From the NCBI GenBank assembly GCA_030425745.1, contig JAUHZW010000001.1:1-49912 (forward strand): DNA of 49,912 nt, in the 5' to 3' direction. Of this stretch, positions 49,086-49,912 are shown one piece after another. Below the pieces are notes generated by a model. That model was not told the origin of the DNA. It ran no database searches and worked only from the letters and a program-made list of their open reading frames with translations. A program made the translations under genes and the position numbers. The first letter of the stretch is position 1, and each line of letters begins with the position of its first letter. The stretch comes from Actinomycetes bacterium (lineage in GTDB: Bacteria > Actinomycetota > Actinomycetes > S36-B12).

Positions 49086-49885
49086 GCCGCACCTCCGGTG
49101 GCCTCGTCGCTGAGTTGGATGCCGATGTCACCAGAGCGGCCGGTCGTGATGAGTTCGACGACGTTGCTGTGGTTGACGTCGCTGACCGGGATCTGCGCTG
49201 CCATCTGGCCGAGGTACAGGCAGGCGATGTTGTCCGCGACCTGCATGACGTCGTTCATGTTGTGGGAGATGAGGATCACGCCGAGCCCGCTGTCTGCGAG
49301 CCGGCGGACGAGGTTGAGGACCTGCTCGGTCTGGGCGACGCCCAGCGCAGCGGTCGGCTCGTCGAGGATGACGAGCTTGGAGTTCCACAGGACCGCACGC
49401 GCGATGGCCACCGTCTGGCGCTGGCCGCCGGAGAGGCTGGATACCTGTTGGCGCACGGACTTCAGGGTTCGGACGGAGAGCCCGGCGAGGGTGTCTGTCG
49501 CGCGCTTCTCCATCTCGATCTCGTCGAGAGTCACCCCCTTGGTCTCCTCGCGCCCCAGGAACATGTTGTGGACGACGTCGAGGTTGTCGCAGAGAGCGAG
49601 GTCCTGATAGACGACCTCGATGCCGAGGGCGTTGGCGTCCTTGGGGTCGTGGACCTGCGCCGGCTTGCCCTCGAACAGGTACTCGCCGTTGTCGAAGGCG
49701 TAGATGCCGGCGATGCCCTTGATCAGCGTGCTCTTGCCCGCGCCGTTGTCGCCGACGAGGGCGGTCACCTGACCGGACCAGACGGACAGGTCGACGCCGT
49801 GGAGGACGTGGACGGCACCGAAGCTCTTGTTGATGCCTCGGAGTTGAAGGAGGGGGGCGTCTGAGGTCATCGCATCTGAGGTCAT
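49082..49885 (-). CDS. Sugar ABC transporter ATP-binding protein (single NBD)
   Basis: Walker A GDNGAGKST, signature LSGGQRQ, Walker B LVILDEPT, and H-loop ISHN. Confidence 0.9.
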   Translation of the reverse strand: MTSDAMTSDAPLLQLRGINKSFGAVHVLHGVDLSVWSGQVTALVGDNGAGKSTLIKGIAGIYAFDNGEYLFEGKPAQVHDPKDANALGIEVVYQDLALCDNLDVVHNMFLGREETKGVTLDEIEMEKRATDTLAGLSVRTLKSVRQQVSSLSGGQRQTVAIARAVLWNSKLVILDEPTAALGVAQTEQVLNLVRRLADSGLGVILISHNMNDVMQVADNIACLYLGQMAAQIPVSDVNHSNVVELITTGRSGDIGIQLSDEATGGAA

Positions 49886-49912
49886 GGGGTCACCTTGGCG
49901 TAGCCGACGGAC
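49882..49912 (-). CDS. Last 9 codons of an upstream ORF (probably the solute-binding component), truncated by the window edge
   Basis: My own translation gives ...SVGYAKVTP*, with its TGA overlapping the ATPase ATG (ATGA). The function is inferred only from operon logic. Confidence 0.2.
   Translation of the reverse strand, partial: SVGYAKVTP

Overview
The window is a very GC-rich chromosomal core region from a mycothiol-producing actinobacterium. Gene content and order look Micrococcales-like, but the species cannot be determined from sequence alone. It is densely packed with about 55 genes. Many junctions use 1-4 nt stop/start overlaps (GTGA, ATGA), which suggests translationally coupled operons.

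Most of the window is a mosaic of conserved actinobacterial housekeeping blocks. The Mycobacterium tuberculosis locus tags below are recalled from memory and should be verified:
- rlmB-cysS-ispF-ispD-carD with divergent lpqE-like (Rv3579c-Rv3584)
- phoU / senX3-regX3 and mshA-ybjN-like...gpmA (Rv0486-Rv0491)
- XRE regulator, HbhA-position protein, DUF2516 (Rv0474-Rv0476)
- glnR-like and mshD (Rv0818-Rv0819)
- ppk1, CYTH/CHAD, mutT1 (Rv2984-Rv2985)
- glgC / glgA(M) (Rv1213/Rv1212c)

Other content includes BioY, a POT peptide transporter, a LacI regulator, a DUF4032 kinase-like protein coupled to a CPA2 antiporter, and an asparaginase. There are also Dtd, a nitrobindin-Fur-YgfZ operon, a thioredoxin/DUF4395 pair, and a secreted AA10 LPMO with 2 FN3 and 2 CBM5/12 modules. 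The right end carries a ROK-regulated sugar ABC transporter.

No rRNA, tRNA, CRISPR, transposase or integrase was recognised.

Unusual structure:
1. A compositionally atypical DUF559/AbiEi-like endonuclease-fold gene is wedged between the convergent mutT1 and glgC genes. It is bracketed immediately on both sides by five-copy 19-bp tandem arrays that are inverted homologues of each other. A third array with the same 19-bp period lies about 13 kb away.
2. A translationally coupled pair, an unrecognisable 515-aa protein plus a ThDP enzyme with an atypical GDG-X24-DD metal motif, sits divergent from a family III CoA-transferase.
3. The protein at the HbhA position combines a Lys/Ala/Thr-rich tail with about 10 pentapeptide-like repeats.

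All functional calls come from reading motifs in the translations. No database search was run.
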